Shown: positions 28,259-39,667 of the stretch, one piece after another
How the letters are laid out: each line of letters starts with the position of its first letter
Numbering within the stretch: position 1 is the first letter of the stretch
Origin: Prochlorococcus sp. AG-321-E21
GTDB taxonomy: Bacteria > Cyanobacteriota > Cyanobacteriia > PCC-6307 > Cyanobiaceae
Direction of reading: 5' to 3'
DNA: 64,000 nucleotides
Assembly (NCBI GenBank): GCA_003283415.1
Contig: QBXH01000004.1
Coordinates: forward strand, 2,777 to 66,776
Notes under the pieces: model-generated
Told to the model about the DNA's origin: nothing
What the model saw: the letters and a program-made list of their open reading frames with translations, nothing else
Databases searched by the model: none
Translations under genes and position numbers: made by a program

Positions 28259-29647
28259 TTAATTTAACTTCTTTAATTTTCTATTGATAAACATTACTGC
28301 CCTTGCAAGTCTTCGGGGATCATGCCTAAGTGTTGGGGTTATTTTTTTTGAATAAAGAGGCGCTTGCAAAACGTAATATCCTTTTGAAATCAATTCTTCT
28401 TTATTACAAATCACTGGGACAGCTCCTCTACTTTGGTAATAATCAACAAGAGGTGACTTTTCAAATTGAATTTGAGCAAGTATTGCATTAAATATTCGAG
28501 TTTTCACACCAAAATTTGATAATTGCTTTTCTATTTCTTTGATATGTTGGTACACGTCAAGACCATCCGTTTCCCCTGGCTGAGTCATCAAATTACTTAT
28601 ATAGATCTTAGGCGCATTACTTTTCAAGAGAGCATCTACAATTTCTGGAACCAGTAAATTAGGTAGCAAAGAAGTATAAAGGCTCCCTGGACCAAGGACT
28701 ATTAGGTCTGCTTCCTTAATAGATTCAAGAGCACTTGGAAGAGCTGAAGGATTTTCGGGTAGATAACCAATCCGAGAAATCAACTTTTTAGATTGACTTA
28801 TTTTGCTTTCACCAAATATTTTCTCACCGTCCTCAAGTTCTGCCCAAAGCATTACATCTGTATTTGTTGCTGGCAAAACTTGTCCTTGCACGGCTAAAAC
28901 CTTACTAGAAGCCTGAACCGCTTTTTCTAAACTTCCTGTAATTGTTGTTAAAGCAGATAAGAATAAATTCCCAAAACTATGCCCTTCTAATCCACTACCT
29001 CTCGAAAATCTATATTGAAATAATCTTGTTAAAATAGGTTCTTCGTTTGATAAGGCTGCCAAGCAATTTCTTATATCTCCAGGTGGTTGAACTCCTAATT
29101 GTTTTCTTAAAACGCCACTACTCCCACCATCATCTGAAACTGTTACTATTGCTGTTATGTTACTACTGTAGTTTTTAAGACCTTTCAATAATGTTGACAA
29201 ACCAGTTCCTCCTCCGATAGCAACAATATTTGGGCCTCTTTTTAATTTACTTTTTACTCTAAGTGCATCTACTAAAAATGTATCCTTTTCTGGAATAAGA
29301 GCTTTTTGTATAGAATTAATACTTCTATTTTGCCCAATTCCAATTAAGAGAAGCCCAAACATAAGGATTATTGGTCCTAAAACTGAAATAGGCAAAATAT
29401 TTGTAACCACATTTATTATCGAGAAAAAAACTTCTATTAACCAATAGAGGGGTCTTAAATTAGTCCAGATTGCAATACCTAATAAAGAAGTCAATACTCC
29501 AATAACAGAAGTTATCATCCATCTTTTGATTACTAACCCTGGCAATAACCAACTAAGAATTCTTACAATCCTAGTAATCAAGGCTAAATTTGACTTTTTT
29601 AGATAAAATATGGTTCTCTTTATTCTTCTTTTTTTCTTCTGCATCAA
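28259..29647 (-). CDS. YvcK/GlmR (CofD-like, UPF0052) protein
   Basis: IGGGTGL, DDGGSSG, PGDIRNC, GPGSLYTS. Confidence 0.92.
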   Translation of the reverse strand: MMQKKKRRIKRTIFYLKKSNLALITRIVRILSWLLPGLVIKRWMITSVIGVLTSLLGIAIWTNLRPLYWLIEVFFSIINVVTNILPISVLGPIILMFGLLLIGIGQNRSINSIQKALIPEKDTFLVDALRVKSKLKRGPNIVAIGGGTGLSTLLKGLKNYSSNITAIVTVSDDGGSSGVLRKQLGVQPPGDIRNCLAALSNEEPILTRLFQYRFSRGSGLEGHSFGNLFLSALTTITGSLEKAVQASSKVLAVQGQVLPATNTDVMLWAELEDGEKIFGESKISQSKKLISRIGYLPENPSALPSALESIKEADLIVLGPGSLYTSLLPNLLVPEIVDALLKSNAPKIYISNLMTQPGETDGLDVYQHIKEIEKQLSNFGVKTRIFNAILAQIQFEKSPLVDYYQSRGAVPVICNKEELISKGYYVLQAPLYSKKITPTLRHDPRRLARAVMFINRKLKKLN

Positions 29648-29772
29648 AGATCCTCTTAAATTTTTTAAAATTTAAATATATTTAAATTGATTATAAATCA
29701 AATACATACAACCTTTTTTATTTTTAAAAAGTAGGCAATATGTAATTAAAGACAAATTGCTCTATATACATT

Positions 29773-30558
29773 TTGAAAAAATTAAAACATGCTGTAGAAA
29801 TCCATAATCTCTCTATTAGCTGGGGAGAGCTTAATGTACTAAATAAAATCAATTTAAAGCTTTATGAGGGAGACAAATTAGCTATTGTTGGACCTTCAGG
29901 TTCAGGGAAATCAACTATATTAAAAATTTTGGCAGGTCTAATTTTACCCACCGGGGGGGAATTAAGTATATTTGATAAAAAACAAACTTACTTAAGATTA
30001 GATCAAAATAATCCTCCAGATGTAAGATTGGTTTTTCAGAATCCTGCTTTATTAGGATCTTTAACTATTGAGGAAAATGTAGGCTTTATACTTCAAAAGA
30101 ATAAAAATTTATCCAAGAAATTTATTCAAGAAATTGTAAGAGAATGTTTAGAAGAAGTAGGATTATTTAATGTTGAGAAAAAGCTTCCAAATGAATTAAG
30201 TGGTGGTATGCAAAAAAGAGTAAGTTTTGCAAGAGCCTTGATTACAGATCAAGATTTAGATAATAAAAGTCAGCCATTATTACTTTTTGATGAACCTACT
30301 GCTGGTCTTGACCCTATAGCTTCTTCAAGAATTGAAGACTTAATTAATAAAACAAATAATAAAGCCAATGGATCATCTATTGTTGTTAGCCATGTTCTTA
30401 GTACTATAGAAAGGACTTCAGAAAAAGTTGTTATGCTCTATGGAGGTAAATTCAGATGGGCAGGTTCAATTGATGAATTTAAAGAAAGTAATGACCCTTA
30501 CGTTTTTCAATTTCGAAATGGGAAACTTGCAGGCCCAATGCAACCAAAAGACATTTAA
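29773..30558 (+). CDS. MlaF/TGD3-like ABC ATPase
   Basis: GPSGSGKS, LSGGMQKR, DEPTAGLDP. Confidence 0.9.
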   Translation: MKKLKHAVEIHNLSISWGELNVLNKINLKLYEGDKLAIVGPSGSGKSTILKILAGLILPTGGELSIFDKKQTYLRLDQNNPPDVRLVFQNPALLGSLTIEENVGFILQKNKNLSKKFIQEIVRECLEEVGLFNVEKKLPNELSGGMQKRVSFARALITDQDLDNKSQPLLLFDEPTAGLDPIASSRIEDLINKTNNKANGSSIVVSHVLSTIERTSEKVVMLYGGKFRWAGSIDEFKESNDPYVFQFRNGKLAGPMQPKDI

Positions 30559-30563
30559 AAATT

Positions 30564-31409
30564 ATGCGTAGAAGCTTAAGAGATTCGATAGTAGGATTTT
30601 CCTTGTTAGGAGGTTTATTAGTATTTACATTTTTTTCATTCTGGTTAAGAGGTGTAAAACTGTCTTCGAAAAATTGGTTTCTTTTTGCAGAATTTAATAA
30701 CGCAAGTGGTTTATCAAAAAAATCTCCAGTAACTTACAGAGGAATCTTAGTAGGTTCAATTGAGGATATTCTTTTTACTAATGAATCAATCAAAGCAAAA
30801 ATTGTTTTAAATAATCCAGACATTATTCTTCCTAAGCCTGCATTCGCAAGAGTTGTTACTAATTCATTTTTAGGAGGCGATGTTCAAGTTGCGTTAGAAA
30901 CTAGTGAAAAAACAATTCCAAAGAATACTGCAAAAGCCATATCAGAGAAATGTGATAATAAGTTAATTATTTGCCAAGGAGATACTATTACTGGGAAACA
31001 GCTATCGAGCCTTTCAAATATTACTAACCGGATAAATCAACTACTTAAAGAATCAAATCAAGAAAATTTAATTGAAAATGTAATCAAGTCAATTGACCAA
31101 TTTGATACAACGCAAGCAAATCTTGATGAACTCATTTACTTATCAAAGCAAGAAATCGTGAGAGTTAAACCTCTTATAAAAGAGGTAACCATAGCAGCAG
31201 GTCATTTAAACAATATTTTGTCTACTATCAATGACGAAAAGACTCTCAAAGATATTAAGTTAACAATCGAAGCGGCCGAATCAATATCAGGCAAATTCGA
31301 TAACATGAGTGATGATTTTGAACAATTAATGAAAGATAAAGAATTAACTAAATCTATAAGAGATTTAACAATTGGACTATCAAAATTCCTTAACGAGATT
31401 TATCCATAA
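30564..31409 (+). CDS. MlaD/MCE-family protein (Ycf22/TGD2-like)
   Basis: N-terminal TM, ASGL..SPVTYRGILVG MCE motif, coiled-coil tail. Confidence 0.9.
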   Translation: MRRSLRDSIVGFSLLGGLLVFTFFSFWLRGVKLSSKNWFLFAEFNNASGLSKKSPVTYRGILVGSIEDILFTNESIKAKIVLNNPDIILPKPAFARVVTNSFLGGDVQVALETSEKTIPKNTAKAISEKCDNKLIICQGDTITGKQLSSLSNITNRINQLLKESNQENLIENVIKSIDQFDTTQANLDELIYLSKQEIVRVKPLIKEVTIAAGHLNNILSTINDEKTLKDIKLTIEAAESISGKFDNMSDDFEQLMKDKELTKSIRDLTIGLSKFLNEIYP

Positions 31410-31413
31410 AAAA

Positions 31414-33579
31414 TTAAAATTCATTTATTGCATTTAAGGCTATGGATGCAATTGTCTTATCAGTAGCTTTTGGTAATTGAACATATTTCCCTTGTGCAGC
31501 TTCTGCTAGTTCTTTTCCAAATCCACTGGCTATAAATTTTCTTTCCGTATCTATAACTAACAACTTTATCCCTAACATGGGGTATTTAGCTGCAATATCT
31601 AATACTTCTTGTTTTAAATCCACATTTTCATCTTCATTAACTTCTTCTTTTCCTAATGATATATCTAACGGAACATTCCCTCTCCCATCAGTTATTCCAA
31701 CGACAATCACCTGACCTATATCACCTGTAGAGAGAGCATTTTTTGCTACTTTTGCTGATTGAGTTAATCCATGAGCTAAAGGAGATCCACCTCCACATGG
31801 CATGGTTTCTAACCTTCTTTTTGCTGCTGTAATAGATCTTGTTGGAGGTAAGAGAACTTCTGCTTGATTCCCTCTAAAGGGTATAAGAGCTACTTCATCT
31901 CTATTTTCATAAGCTTCAGTTAAAAGTCTAATGACAGCACCTTTAGCACTTTGCATTCTATTAAGTGCCATAGACCCACTAGCATCCACCAGAAAAATAA
32001 CCAAAGCGCCTGCCTTTTTTTGAAGGAGTTTTGCTCTAAAGTCATTTTCTTCAATAATAATAGTCTTATTAGGATTCTTTAATCTTCTAGATTTCTGATA
32101 AGGAGCAGCGGCTCTGAGTGTCGCATCAACAGCTATTCTTTTTACTTTACCTCTAGGAATTAAAGGTCTGACATATCTACCTCTACTTTGACTTAGAATA
32201 ACTGACCTACTTCCACTGTTACCTGCCTTAGATTTTGCCGATGAAAAAAGTAATAAATCGGGATCTACCATGCATGATTCAGGATCAAGAATAAATTCTT
32301 CTGGGATATCAGGAGTAGAGTCTTCTTCTCCATCAGAATTCTCTTGTTCTTCTTCTTGATTATCTTGATTATCATCATTTTCGTTAGATTCAGGTTCAGA
32401 ATCTTCATTATTTGACTGAGGTGGGGGTGGGCTCTGTTCCTCAGGGGGTGGTGGTTGAATATCATCATCCTGCGGTGGGATTTGTGTCGCTCTCGGAAGA
32501 ATCACTAACCTTACTGCAACCTTTAAATCTTCAGAATTAACATTCTCATCTCCTCGAAGCGCTGCATTTGCTTTAGCGACTTTTACAGCAAACAATTCAG
32601 ATCTATGCCCTTCAACGCCACCTCTTAAGGCTTCATTAACCAAATAAGTTATTTGTTCTTTAGTAACTTTTACATCTTTTAACCATTGCCTAGCCAAAAT
32701 TAACTGGGTTGATAAATTATCAGATTCTTCAGACCATTTTTCTGAGAACTTAATACTATTTTCGGCATGAAATAATACAGATTTTGTTATTTCAACTCTT
32801 TGGTTATTATCTATAGATTGATCCGCAGAAAGAACAATTGCAAATCTATCCAATACGTGATCTCTTAAAGCTCCTTCTTCAGGATTATAAGTTGCGATCA
32901 AAAGTGATCTACAAGGATGAGAAAGACTTAATCCATCTCTTTCAATATTATTTTGTTGTCTACCAGTAGCTTCAAGAATTAAATTTACAATCCCATCATC
33001 CAATAAATTAATATCATCAACATACAAAACGCCCCTGTGAGCCTCTGCTAAAACTCCTGGCTGAAAAACTTGTTCACCTGTATTCAATGAGGCAGAAACA
33101 TCTATTGATCCGACGAGTCTATCTTCTGTGATTCCAATTGGGACTTGAATAAATGGAGCCTGTACAACCTTGCTTGGAATACTTTCAAGTTGATTAAGGT
33201 AATCAATCCCGATAATTTTCGCTATTAATTTACTAATATTTTTATCCCATTCTTCAGGTTTAGTTGGATCTAAATTTCTACTTATAGGTCTGAAAGAACT
33301 CTTATTATTAATTAATTTCTCGAGTATTAATTCATTATCTATTATTTCTATCGGTGGGATTAAGGAATGCAAACCTCTTGCCAATACCGACTTACCCGTA
33401 CCCCTTCCACCTGCGATAATAACTCCTCCTAAGCTAGGATCTACTGCTGCTAAAAGTAAAGATAATTTTAATAAGCTGTGTCCTGTGATTGCGGCCAATG
33501 GAAAGGCTCTAAATGAATCCTTCTTTTGCATTAAATCCTTTATGTCTTCTTTCCCTTTTAACTTTTGTTCCAAAATCAC
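31414..33579 (-). CDS. chlD: Magnesium chelatase subunit D
   Basis: AAA+ GRGTGKS, Pro/acidic linker, vWA DASGSM. Confidence 0.97.
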   Translation of the reverse strand: MILEQKLKGKEDIKDLMQKKDSFRAFPLAAITGHSLLKLSLLLAAVDPSLGGVIIAGGRGTGKSVLARGLHSLIPPIEIIDNELILEKLINNKSSFRPISRNLDPTKPEEWDKNISKLIAKIIGIDYLNQLESIPSKVVQAPFIQVPIGITEDRLVGSIDVSASLNTGEQVFQPGVLAEAHRGVLYVDDINLLDDGIVNLILEATGRQQNNIERDGLSLSHPCRSLLIATYNPEEGALRDHVLDRFAIVLSADQSIDNNQRVEITKSVLFHAENSIKFSEKWSEESDNLSTQLILARQWLKDVKVTKEQITYLVNEALRGGVEGHRSELFAVKVAKANAALRGDENVNSEDLKVAVRLVILPRATQIPPQDDDIQPPPPEEQSPPPPQSNNEDSEPESNENDDNQDNQEEEQENSDGEEDSTPDIPEEFILDPESCMVDPDLLLFSSAKSKAGNSGSRSVILSQSRGRYVRPLIPRGKVKRIAVDATLRAAAPYQKSRRLKNPNKTIIIEENDFRAKLLQKKAGALVIFLVDASGSMALNRMQSAKGAVIRLLTEAYENRDEVALIPFRGNQAEVLLPPTRSITAAKRRLETMPCGGGSPLAHGLTQSAKVAKNALSTGDIGQVIVVGITDGRGNVPLDISLGKEEVNEDENVDLKQEVLDIAAKYPMLGIKLLVIDTERKFIASGFGKELAEAAQGKYVQLPKATDKTIASIALNAINEF

Positions 33580-33628
33580 TTTAAAAAATCTCTGATATAG
33601 AATTTATCCAATAACGTAGTTTTTTGTA

Positions 33629-34195
33629 GTGGAATTATCAAATCTTAATATCAAAAATGGACTATGTATATCTCTTGGAGCAAATATTGATAGTAATTAT
33701 GGAAAACCTATCGAATCATTAATAATTTGCAAACCAAAAGTAGAGAACCTAATCAAGAATTGGATAATTCAATCTAAATCTTTTGATAAAGAAATCGAAT
33801 CATTAAAAACAATTTTTTATTGGTCTTCAATATACGATACAAGTCCTCATGGAGTTAAAGATGATCAACCAAATTATTTAAATACTTTACTTTTGGTAAA
33901 AAGTAAGTTTTTTCCAAAGCCAACAACAAAAAATGCAAAATTCCTTCTAAGAGAATTGAAAAATTTGGAAAGAAATTTTGGAAGAAAAAAGACTCCCGAC
34001 AATATGAAATGGCTATCTAGATGTTTAGATTTAGATATTTTATGGTGGGAAGATTTTTGTTTCAAGGATGAAGAATTAATATTACCTCACCCAAGATTTA
34101 TGAATCGTAATTTTGTAATATCTCCCTTATCTGAGGTTCTAAGCAGAACACAAACAGTTAAAAAAATTGAAGATCCAAGATGGCTTGTTGATTAA
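33629..34195 (+). CDS. folK: 6-hydroxymethyl-7,8-dihydropterin pyrophosphokinase
   Basis: SLGAN, YLN, RCLDLDIL, LPHPR..RNFV. Confidence 0.92.
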   Translation: MELSNLNIKNGLCISLGANIDSNYGKPIESLIICKPKVENLIKNWIIQSKSFDKEIESLKTIFYWSSIYDTSPHGVKDDQPNYLNTLLLVKSKFFPKPTTKNAKFLLRELKNLERNFGRKKTPDNMKWLSRCLDLDILWWEDFCFKDEELILPHPRFMNRNFVISPLSEVLSRTQTVKKIEDPRWLVD

Positions 34196-34240
34196 TTTAC
34201 AAAATTCTAAAATAATTGTTAGGGTATTTTTATTTAAATT

Positions 34241-34801
34241 ATGGAAGATAAAAATTACTTCAAAAAAGCCATCTTTAAAGAAAAAATATCTGAGTTAAAA
34301 ACAAAAAAATTTAGTTTTGAGATAAATACAATTGAACTTCCCAATGGACATGAAGATGAATATGGACAAATAATATTCCCAAACGCGGCATTAGCTGTAC
34401 CAATAACAAAAGAAAATAAAGTTATACTTCTTCGCCAATATAGATTTGCCGTATCAAGATATTTACTTGAGTTTCCTGCCGGTACTTTAGAAACAGGAGA
34501 GACCCCAATAAACTCAATCAAAAGAGAAATTCAGGAAGAGTCTGGATATAAAGCAGAAAAATGGGATGAACTAGGTGCTCTAGTTAATGCTCCTGGATAT
34601 TCAGATGAAGTAATTCATTTATTTCTTGCACGCGATTTAAGCAAATTAAAAAATAAGGTAAAAGGAGATTTAGATGAAGATATAGAAGTTTTACTTATGG
34701 AACCTAATAATTTAGATAATTTAATTTCTAGTGGTAATGAAATTCTGGATGCAAAAACTGTAACAGCATGGTTTAGAGCAAAGCAATTTTTGGGAATTTA
34801 A
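34241..34801 (+). CDS. NUDIX hydrolase (ADP-ribose pyrophosphatase-like)
   Basis: EFPAG..E......REIQEESG Nudix box. Confidence 0.92.
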   Translation: MEDKNYFKKAIFKEKISELKTKKFSFEINTIELPNGHEDEYGQIIFPNAALAVPITKENKVILLRQYRFAVSRYLLEFPAGTLETGETPINSIKREIQEESGYKAEKWDELGALVNAPGYSDEVIHLFLARDLSKLKNKVKGDLDEDIEVLLMEPNNLDNLISSGNEILDAKTVTAWFRAKQFLGI

Positions 34802-36237
34802 TGAATAACCCCAGAATACTTTTTTGGCATAGAAAAGATCTACGAATAAATGATAATAATGCTTTGAAAAAAGCATTTTCTTTATCAAATGCTATTACTT
34901 CAACGTATATTTTAGATCAAAATTATTCTTACGATTTCAATGCGAAGTCTAGAGCATGGTTTCTTGGTAATTCACTCCAAGAATTAAGTAAAAATTGGAA
35001 AAATCTTGGAAGTCGATTGATTATAGATGAGGGTAATCCCTTAATTCTGATTCCTGAATTAGCTAAATTAATTGATGCTAAGTTTGTTGTTTGGAATAAA
35101 GCGATAGAACCTTACGAAATTAATAGAGATTTAGAAATAAAAAATACTTTAAAAGAACATAATACTGATTTTATAGAATTATGGGATCATCTATTAATTG
35201 AGCCTTCTCAAATTTCCACTGGGAGTAACAAACCATATTCAGTTTATGGCCCATTTTACAAGAAATTTAAATCGAAAATTAATTTATTAAATTCAAAAAA
35301 AAGTTTCAATAATATTGGGAATTTAAAAGATTTAGAGATAGGACTAAGAGAAAAAAAGAAAATTGATGCATCAAGATTAATATTAGATCGATTTCAAAAA
35401 AATATAAATTTTGCCGGAGTGGAATTATGTCCTTGCAAACCAGGAGAGCTCGCTGCAGAAAAGTTATTAGATCAATTTATTTGCCCAGATAAAATCGGAT
35501 CTTATGATTTTTCAAGGGACTTCCCATCTAAGAATGGAACTTCTTTCCTTGGCGCATCATTGAGATTTGGGACTATAAGCATACGAAAAGTTTGGGATGC
35601 AACATTATTTTCTGACTTAATAAATTCAAATAAATACAATCAACTATCTATAGAAACTTGGCAGAAAGAATTAGTTTGGAGAGAATTCTATCAACATTGC
35701 TTATTTAATTTTCCAGAATTAGAAAAAGGACCCTATAGAAAAAAATGGGACCTTTTCCCTTGGCAAAATAATTATGAATGGTTTACTCGATGGGGCGATG
35801 GTCAGACTGGAGTTCCTATTGTTGATGCCGCGATGAGACAACTTAATAGTTCCGGTTGGATGCATAATAGATGTCGAATGATAGTGGCTTCATTTCTAGT
35901 TAAAGATCTTATTTGTAATTGGCAAATGGGCGAAGAAAAATTTATGAAGTTATTGGTTGATGGTGACTTAGCCGCAAATAATGGAGGCTGGCAGTGGAGT
36001 GCAAGTAGTGGTATGGATCCAAAACCATTAAGAATTTTTAATCCTTATACTCAAACAAAAAAATTTGATCCTATTTGCAAATATATTAAATTCTGGATTC
36101 CTGAATTATCAAAGGTTTCTAATGCAGACATCCTTAATGGTGAGATATCTGATCTGGAAAAAAATAATTATTCAGGTGCTGTAGTTAGTCACAATATTCA
36201 GCAAAGACTTTTTAAGTATCTTTACTCACAAATCTGA
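34801..36237 (+). CDS. phrB: CPD DNA photolyase
   Basis: WHRKDLRIND, WREFY, GWMHNRCRM, NNGGWQW, RIFNP. Confidence 0.95.
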   Translation: MNNPRILFWHRKDLRINDNNALKKAFSLSNAITSTYILDQNYSYDFNAKSRAWFLGNSLQELSKNWKNLGSRLIIDEGNPLILIPELAKLIDAKFVVWNKAIEPYEINRDLEIKNTLKEHNTDFIELWDHLLIEPSQISTGSNKPYSVYGPFYKKFKSKINLLNSKKSFNNIGNLKDLEIGLREKKKIDASRLILDRFQKNINFAGVELCPCKPGELAAEKLLDQFICPDKIGSYDFSRDFPSKNGTSFLGASLRFGTISIRKVWDATLFSDLINSNKYNQLSIETWQKELVWREFYQHCLFNFPELEKGPYRKKWDLFPWQNNYEWFTRWGDGQTGVPIVDAAMRQLNSSGWMHNRCRMIVASFLVKDLICNWQMGEEKFMKLLVDGDLAANNGGWQWSASSGMDPKPLRIFNPYTQTKKFDPICKYIKFWIPELSKVSNADILNGEISDLEKNNYSGAVVSHNIQQRLFKYLYSQI

Positions 36238-37427
36238 AGTTCATTAATACAATTTTTTAAAATAATATTTAAATTTTCTGATACATAAACTTGTTCTTCG
36301 TAAGAAATTTCTGGATACATTGGCAAACTCAGTACTTCAGTACAAACTCTTTCTGTATTAATAAGTTTTTCTCTTGAAAAATGTTTATTTTCATAGGCTA
36401 ATTGTGCATGAATCGGTATTGGATAATAAATAATAGAATTTATTCCTTTATCGGAAAGTCTTATTTTCAATAAATTTCTCAAAGAATTATTTTTGTTGAA
36501 ATCAGTTTCAAATAATTCCGAATAATCATTATTAATATCATAATTATAATTTTTAATTTTAATCACAAATTGATTCCAAGAATGAGAAACATTGACAAAA
36601 TCTATCTGGGGCAAATGAATAAAACTATTTTTTTCTAATAAATCAAGATAATTGTTTGCTATTTTTTTACGATTATTAATCCATTTTGATATGAATTTTA
36701 TTTTAATATTTAAAACTGCTGCTTGTAGAGTATCGAGCCTACTATTATAACCTATTTTATTATGGTGATACCTTTTAGGACTTCCATGAACTGCCAACTC
36801 TCTGACCTTTTTTGCAATATTATGATCTGAGGTTGTAATTGCCCCTCCATCTCCAGCAGCGCCTAAATTCTTAGTTGGGAAAAAGCTAAAGCATCCTATA
36901 TCTCCAATACTTCCTACTTTAGAATTTCCCCACATAGTACACGTTGCCTGGGCGCAATCCTCAATTATTTTTAAATCGTATTTTTTAGCTAATGCTTTTA
37001 TTGACTTCATGTTTACAGCATTACCAAATAAATGGACTGGCATAATTGCTTTGGTTTTAGAGCTAATTTCTCCTTCAATAAAATCAATATTAATTAAATA
37101 ATCATTTGGATTGATATCAACCAAAACGGGTTCAGCGCCTACCGCACTTATAGCTTCAGCAGTTGCGAAAAAGCTGAAAGAAGAAGTAATTACTTCATCT
37201 CCTTCTCCAATATCTAAAGCACGTAAAGCAAGTATTAATGCATCAGTTCCACTATTACAGCCAACAGCATGATTCACCCCAATGAGCGATGCAAAATTCT
37301 CTTCAAATTTAGCAATCTCTTGACCACCTATATATTGTCCACCTCGAAGAGCTTTCAAAACCGCATCCTCAATATCAGAGCCGATTTCCTGAAACTGTCG
37401 TTCTAACGTAAATGGAGGTATTTGCAT
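36222..37427 (-). CDS. DegT/DnrJ/EryC1/StrS aminotransferase
   Basis: NSGTDAL, EDCAQA, SFFPTKNLG, NSRLD. Confidence 0.95.
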   Translation of the reverse strand: MQIPPFTLERQFQEIGSDIEDAVLKALRGGQYIGGQEIAKFEENFASLIGVNHAVGCNSGTDALILALRALDIGEGDEVITSSFSFFATAEAISAVGAEPVLVDINPNDYLINIDFIEGEISSKTKAIMPVHLFGNAVNMKSIKALAKKYDLKIIEDCAQATCTMWGNSKVGSIGDIGCFSFFPTKNLGAAGDGGAITTSDHNIAKKVRELAVHGSPKRYHHNKIGYNSRLDTLQAAVLNIKIKFISKWINNRKKIANNYLDLLEKNSFIHLPQIDFVNVSHSWNQFVIKIKNYNYDINNDYSELFETDFNKNNSLRNLLKIRLSDKGINSIIYYPIPIHAQLAYENKHFSREKLINTERVCTEVLSLPMYPEISYEEQVYVSENLNIILKNCINELQICE

Positions 37428-37480
37428 ATTAATTATGTTAGCTTTAAAGGCTTTTCCCTGGTTTAAATATTATATTTAAT

Positions 37481-38074
37481 TCATCTAAACCAAACAGGCT
37501 CTTTGCCTGGCGTCCATTTTATATTACATCCAAGAGATGGTTTTTGAGGATTAGGAAAACCACTATTTTTAGTTAAGCCTTTAATAGCAGAACGTAAATC
37601 TTCACCAGTTATAGAAATATCATTACTTGGTCTACTACTATCAAGTTGTCCATGATAAAAAAGGGAAAATTTTCTATTTCCAGCATTTGAGAAAAGATAA
37701 AAATCAGGCGTACATGCAGCCTTTAACTCTTTGGCAAAAACTTGACTCTCATCATAAAGATAAGGAAAACTCCAGCCTTGTAATTGAGCTTGGTTTCTTA
37801 AATGCTCTGGAGAATCTAAAGGATGAGTAACAATATCATTACTTGAAATTGCTATAGTTTGAACTTTATCCTCAATATCACTACTTAAAATTGAAATATG
37901 ATTTTCGATATATTTCACAAAAGGGCAATGGGCACAAATAAACATTAAAAGTAAATGCCTATTATCTAATTTGGATAAATTATAGTTTTCTTGATTAGAG
38001 GAATTGGCATTAATCATTTCAAAAAATGGTAATTGAGTCCCTAATTCCAAAAACATTGAATTTGTTTTAACCAT
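37481..38074 (-). CDS. Thioredoxin-like AhpC/TSA-family protein
   Basis: CAHCPFV, FPYLYD, ACTPDF, GCNIKW. Confidence 0.9.
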   Translation of the reverse strand: MVKTNSMFLELGTQLPFFEMINANSSNQENYNLSKLDNRHLLLMFICAHCPFVKYIENHISILSSDIEDKVQTIAISSNDIVTHPLDSPEHLRNQAQLQGWSFPYLYDESQVFAKELKAACTPDFYLFSNAGNRKFSLFYHGQLDSSRPSNDISITGEDLRSAIKGLTKNSGFPNPQKPSLGCNIKWTPGKEPVWFR

Positions 38075-38176
38075 GCTTAAAAAAATATTTCCTATAGTTG
38101 AAATTTATTGTATATTTTGCAGTAATTTGCAAAGAAGTGTACTTTTTGTAGGACAATTATATAAATAAGAAATAAA

Positions 38177-38959
38177 ATGCTTCTAAATTTAACTGGCAAA
38201 AAAATTCTAGTTACTGGAATTGCTAACAATCGTTCAATAGCATGGGGAATAGCTCAGCAACTTTCAAAAGCTGGCGCTGAATTAGGAATTACTTATTTAC
38301 CGGACGAAAAAGGGAGATTCGAGTCAAAAGTAAGAGAATTAACCAAAGACTTAAATCCATCCTTGTTCCTCCCACTTGATGTTCAAAATCCTTCTCAAAT
38401 TGAAGAAATTTTTGAAAACATTAAAAACAATTGGGGACAAATTGATGGGTTAGTTCACTGTCTTGCATTCGCAGGTCGTGATGAATTAATCGGAGATTAT
38501 AGTGCGACTTCATCCGAAGGTTTTGATAGAGCTTTGAATATTAGTGCTTATTCTTTAGCACCTCTATGTAAGTCAGCAAAACCACTTTTCAGTAATGGTG
38601 CTGGGGTAGTTTCTCTAACTTATTTAGGATCTGAGAGAGCTATACCTAACTACAATGTAATGGGTGTAGCAAAGGCAGCTTTAGAGGCTTCAGTAAGATA
38701 CCTTTCTGCAGAACTGGGGCCTGAAAAAAAAGTAAGGGTAAATGCAATAAGTGCTGGTCCAATTAGAACACTTGCGAGTTCTGCAATAGGTGGCATTTTG
38801 GATATGATCCACAATGTTGAAGAAAAAGCTCCACTACGAAGAACAGTTACTCAAACAGAAGTAGGGAATACAGCTGCTTTTCTTTTAAGTGATCTTTCAA
38901 GTGGCATATCAGGTCAAACTATTTATGTTGATGCAGGTTATTGCATTAATGGAATGTAA
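38177..38959 (+). CDS. fabI: Enoyl-ACP reductase
   Basis: GIANNRSIAWGI, YNVMGVAKAALE. Confidence 0.98.
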   Translation: MLLNLTGKKILVTGIANNRSIAWGIAQQLSKAGAELGITYLPDEKGRFESKVRELTKDLNPSLFLPLDVQNPSQIEEIFENIKNNWGQIDGLVHCLAFAGRDELIGDYSATSSEGFDRALNISAYSLAPLCKSAKPLFSNGAGVVSLTYLGSERAIPNYNVMGVAKAALEASVRYLSAELGPEKKVRVNAISAGPIRTLASSAIGGILDMIHNVEEKAPLRRTVTQTEVGNTAAFLLSDLSSGISGQTIYVDAGYCINGM

Positions 38960-38982
38960 ATTAAAATTTTAAAAAGAATAAG

Positions 38983-39588
38983 ATGTCATCCTCAAGACAA
39001 GCTGAAATCAAAAGAAAAACAAATGAAACAGACATAAGTATTTTTCTTAATATAGATGGCAATGGAATTTCTGAAATTAATACTGGCATCCCATTCTTAG
39101 ATCATATGTTGCATCAAATATCTAGTCATGGATTATTTGACTTAAAAATAAGAGCTATTGGAGATACACATATTGATGACCATCATACAAATGAGGATGT
39201 AGGTATTGCTCTTGGGAAAGCCTTTACTAAAGCACTTGGAGAAAGAAAAGGGATCAATAGATTTGGGCATTTTTTTGCACCTTTGGATGAAGCTTTAGTT
39301 CAAGTAACATTAGATTGTTCAGGAAGGCCTCATTTGTCTTATGATCTCCAATTGAAAGCGCCAAGAATAGGGAATTATGATACTGAATTAGTAAGAGAAT
39401 TTTTTATAGCTTTTGTAAATAATAGTGGAATCACACTTCATATCAATCAAATAAAAGGAACGAATTCTCATCATATAGTTGAGGCATGTTTTAAAGCCTT
39501 TTCAAGAGCAATGAGAATGGCTTCTGATATAGATACCAGAAGATCTGGAACTATCCCAAGTAGTAAAGGGATGCTTGAAATAGATTAG
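38983..39588 (+). CDS. hisB: Imidazoleglycerol-phosphate dehydratase
   Basis: [27 protein letters not shown]. Confidence 0.98.
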   Translation: MSSSRQAEIKRKTNETDISIFLNIDGNGISEINTGIPFLDHMLHQISSHGLFDLKIRAIGDTHIDDHHTNEDVGIALGKAFTKALGERKGINRFGHFFAPLDEALVQVTLDCSGRPHLSYDLQLKAPRIGNYDTELVREFFIAFVNNSGITLHINQIKGTNSHHIVEACFKAFSRAMRMASDIDTRRSGTIPSSKGMLEID

Positions 39589-39667
39589 AAATTTAAATTC
39601 AGTATTTTTTGAATTAGCCACAAATTCAAATATTTTTGGCGAAAATGAGAATACTTAATATTTCCAA

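Noticed and set aside
32300-32480. Low-complexity Pro/acidic stretch and 67-aa alternate-frame ORF
   Set aside because: Normal ChlD linker; the alternate ORF is an artefact.
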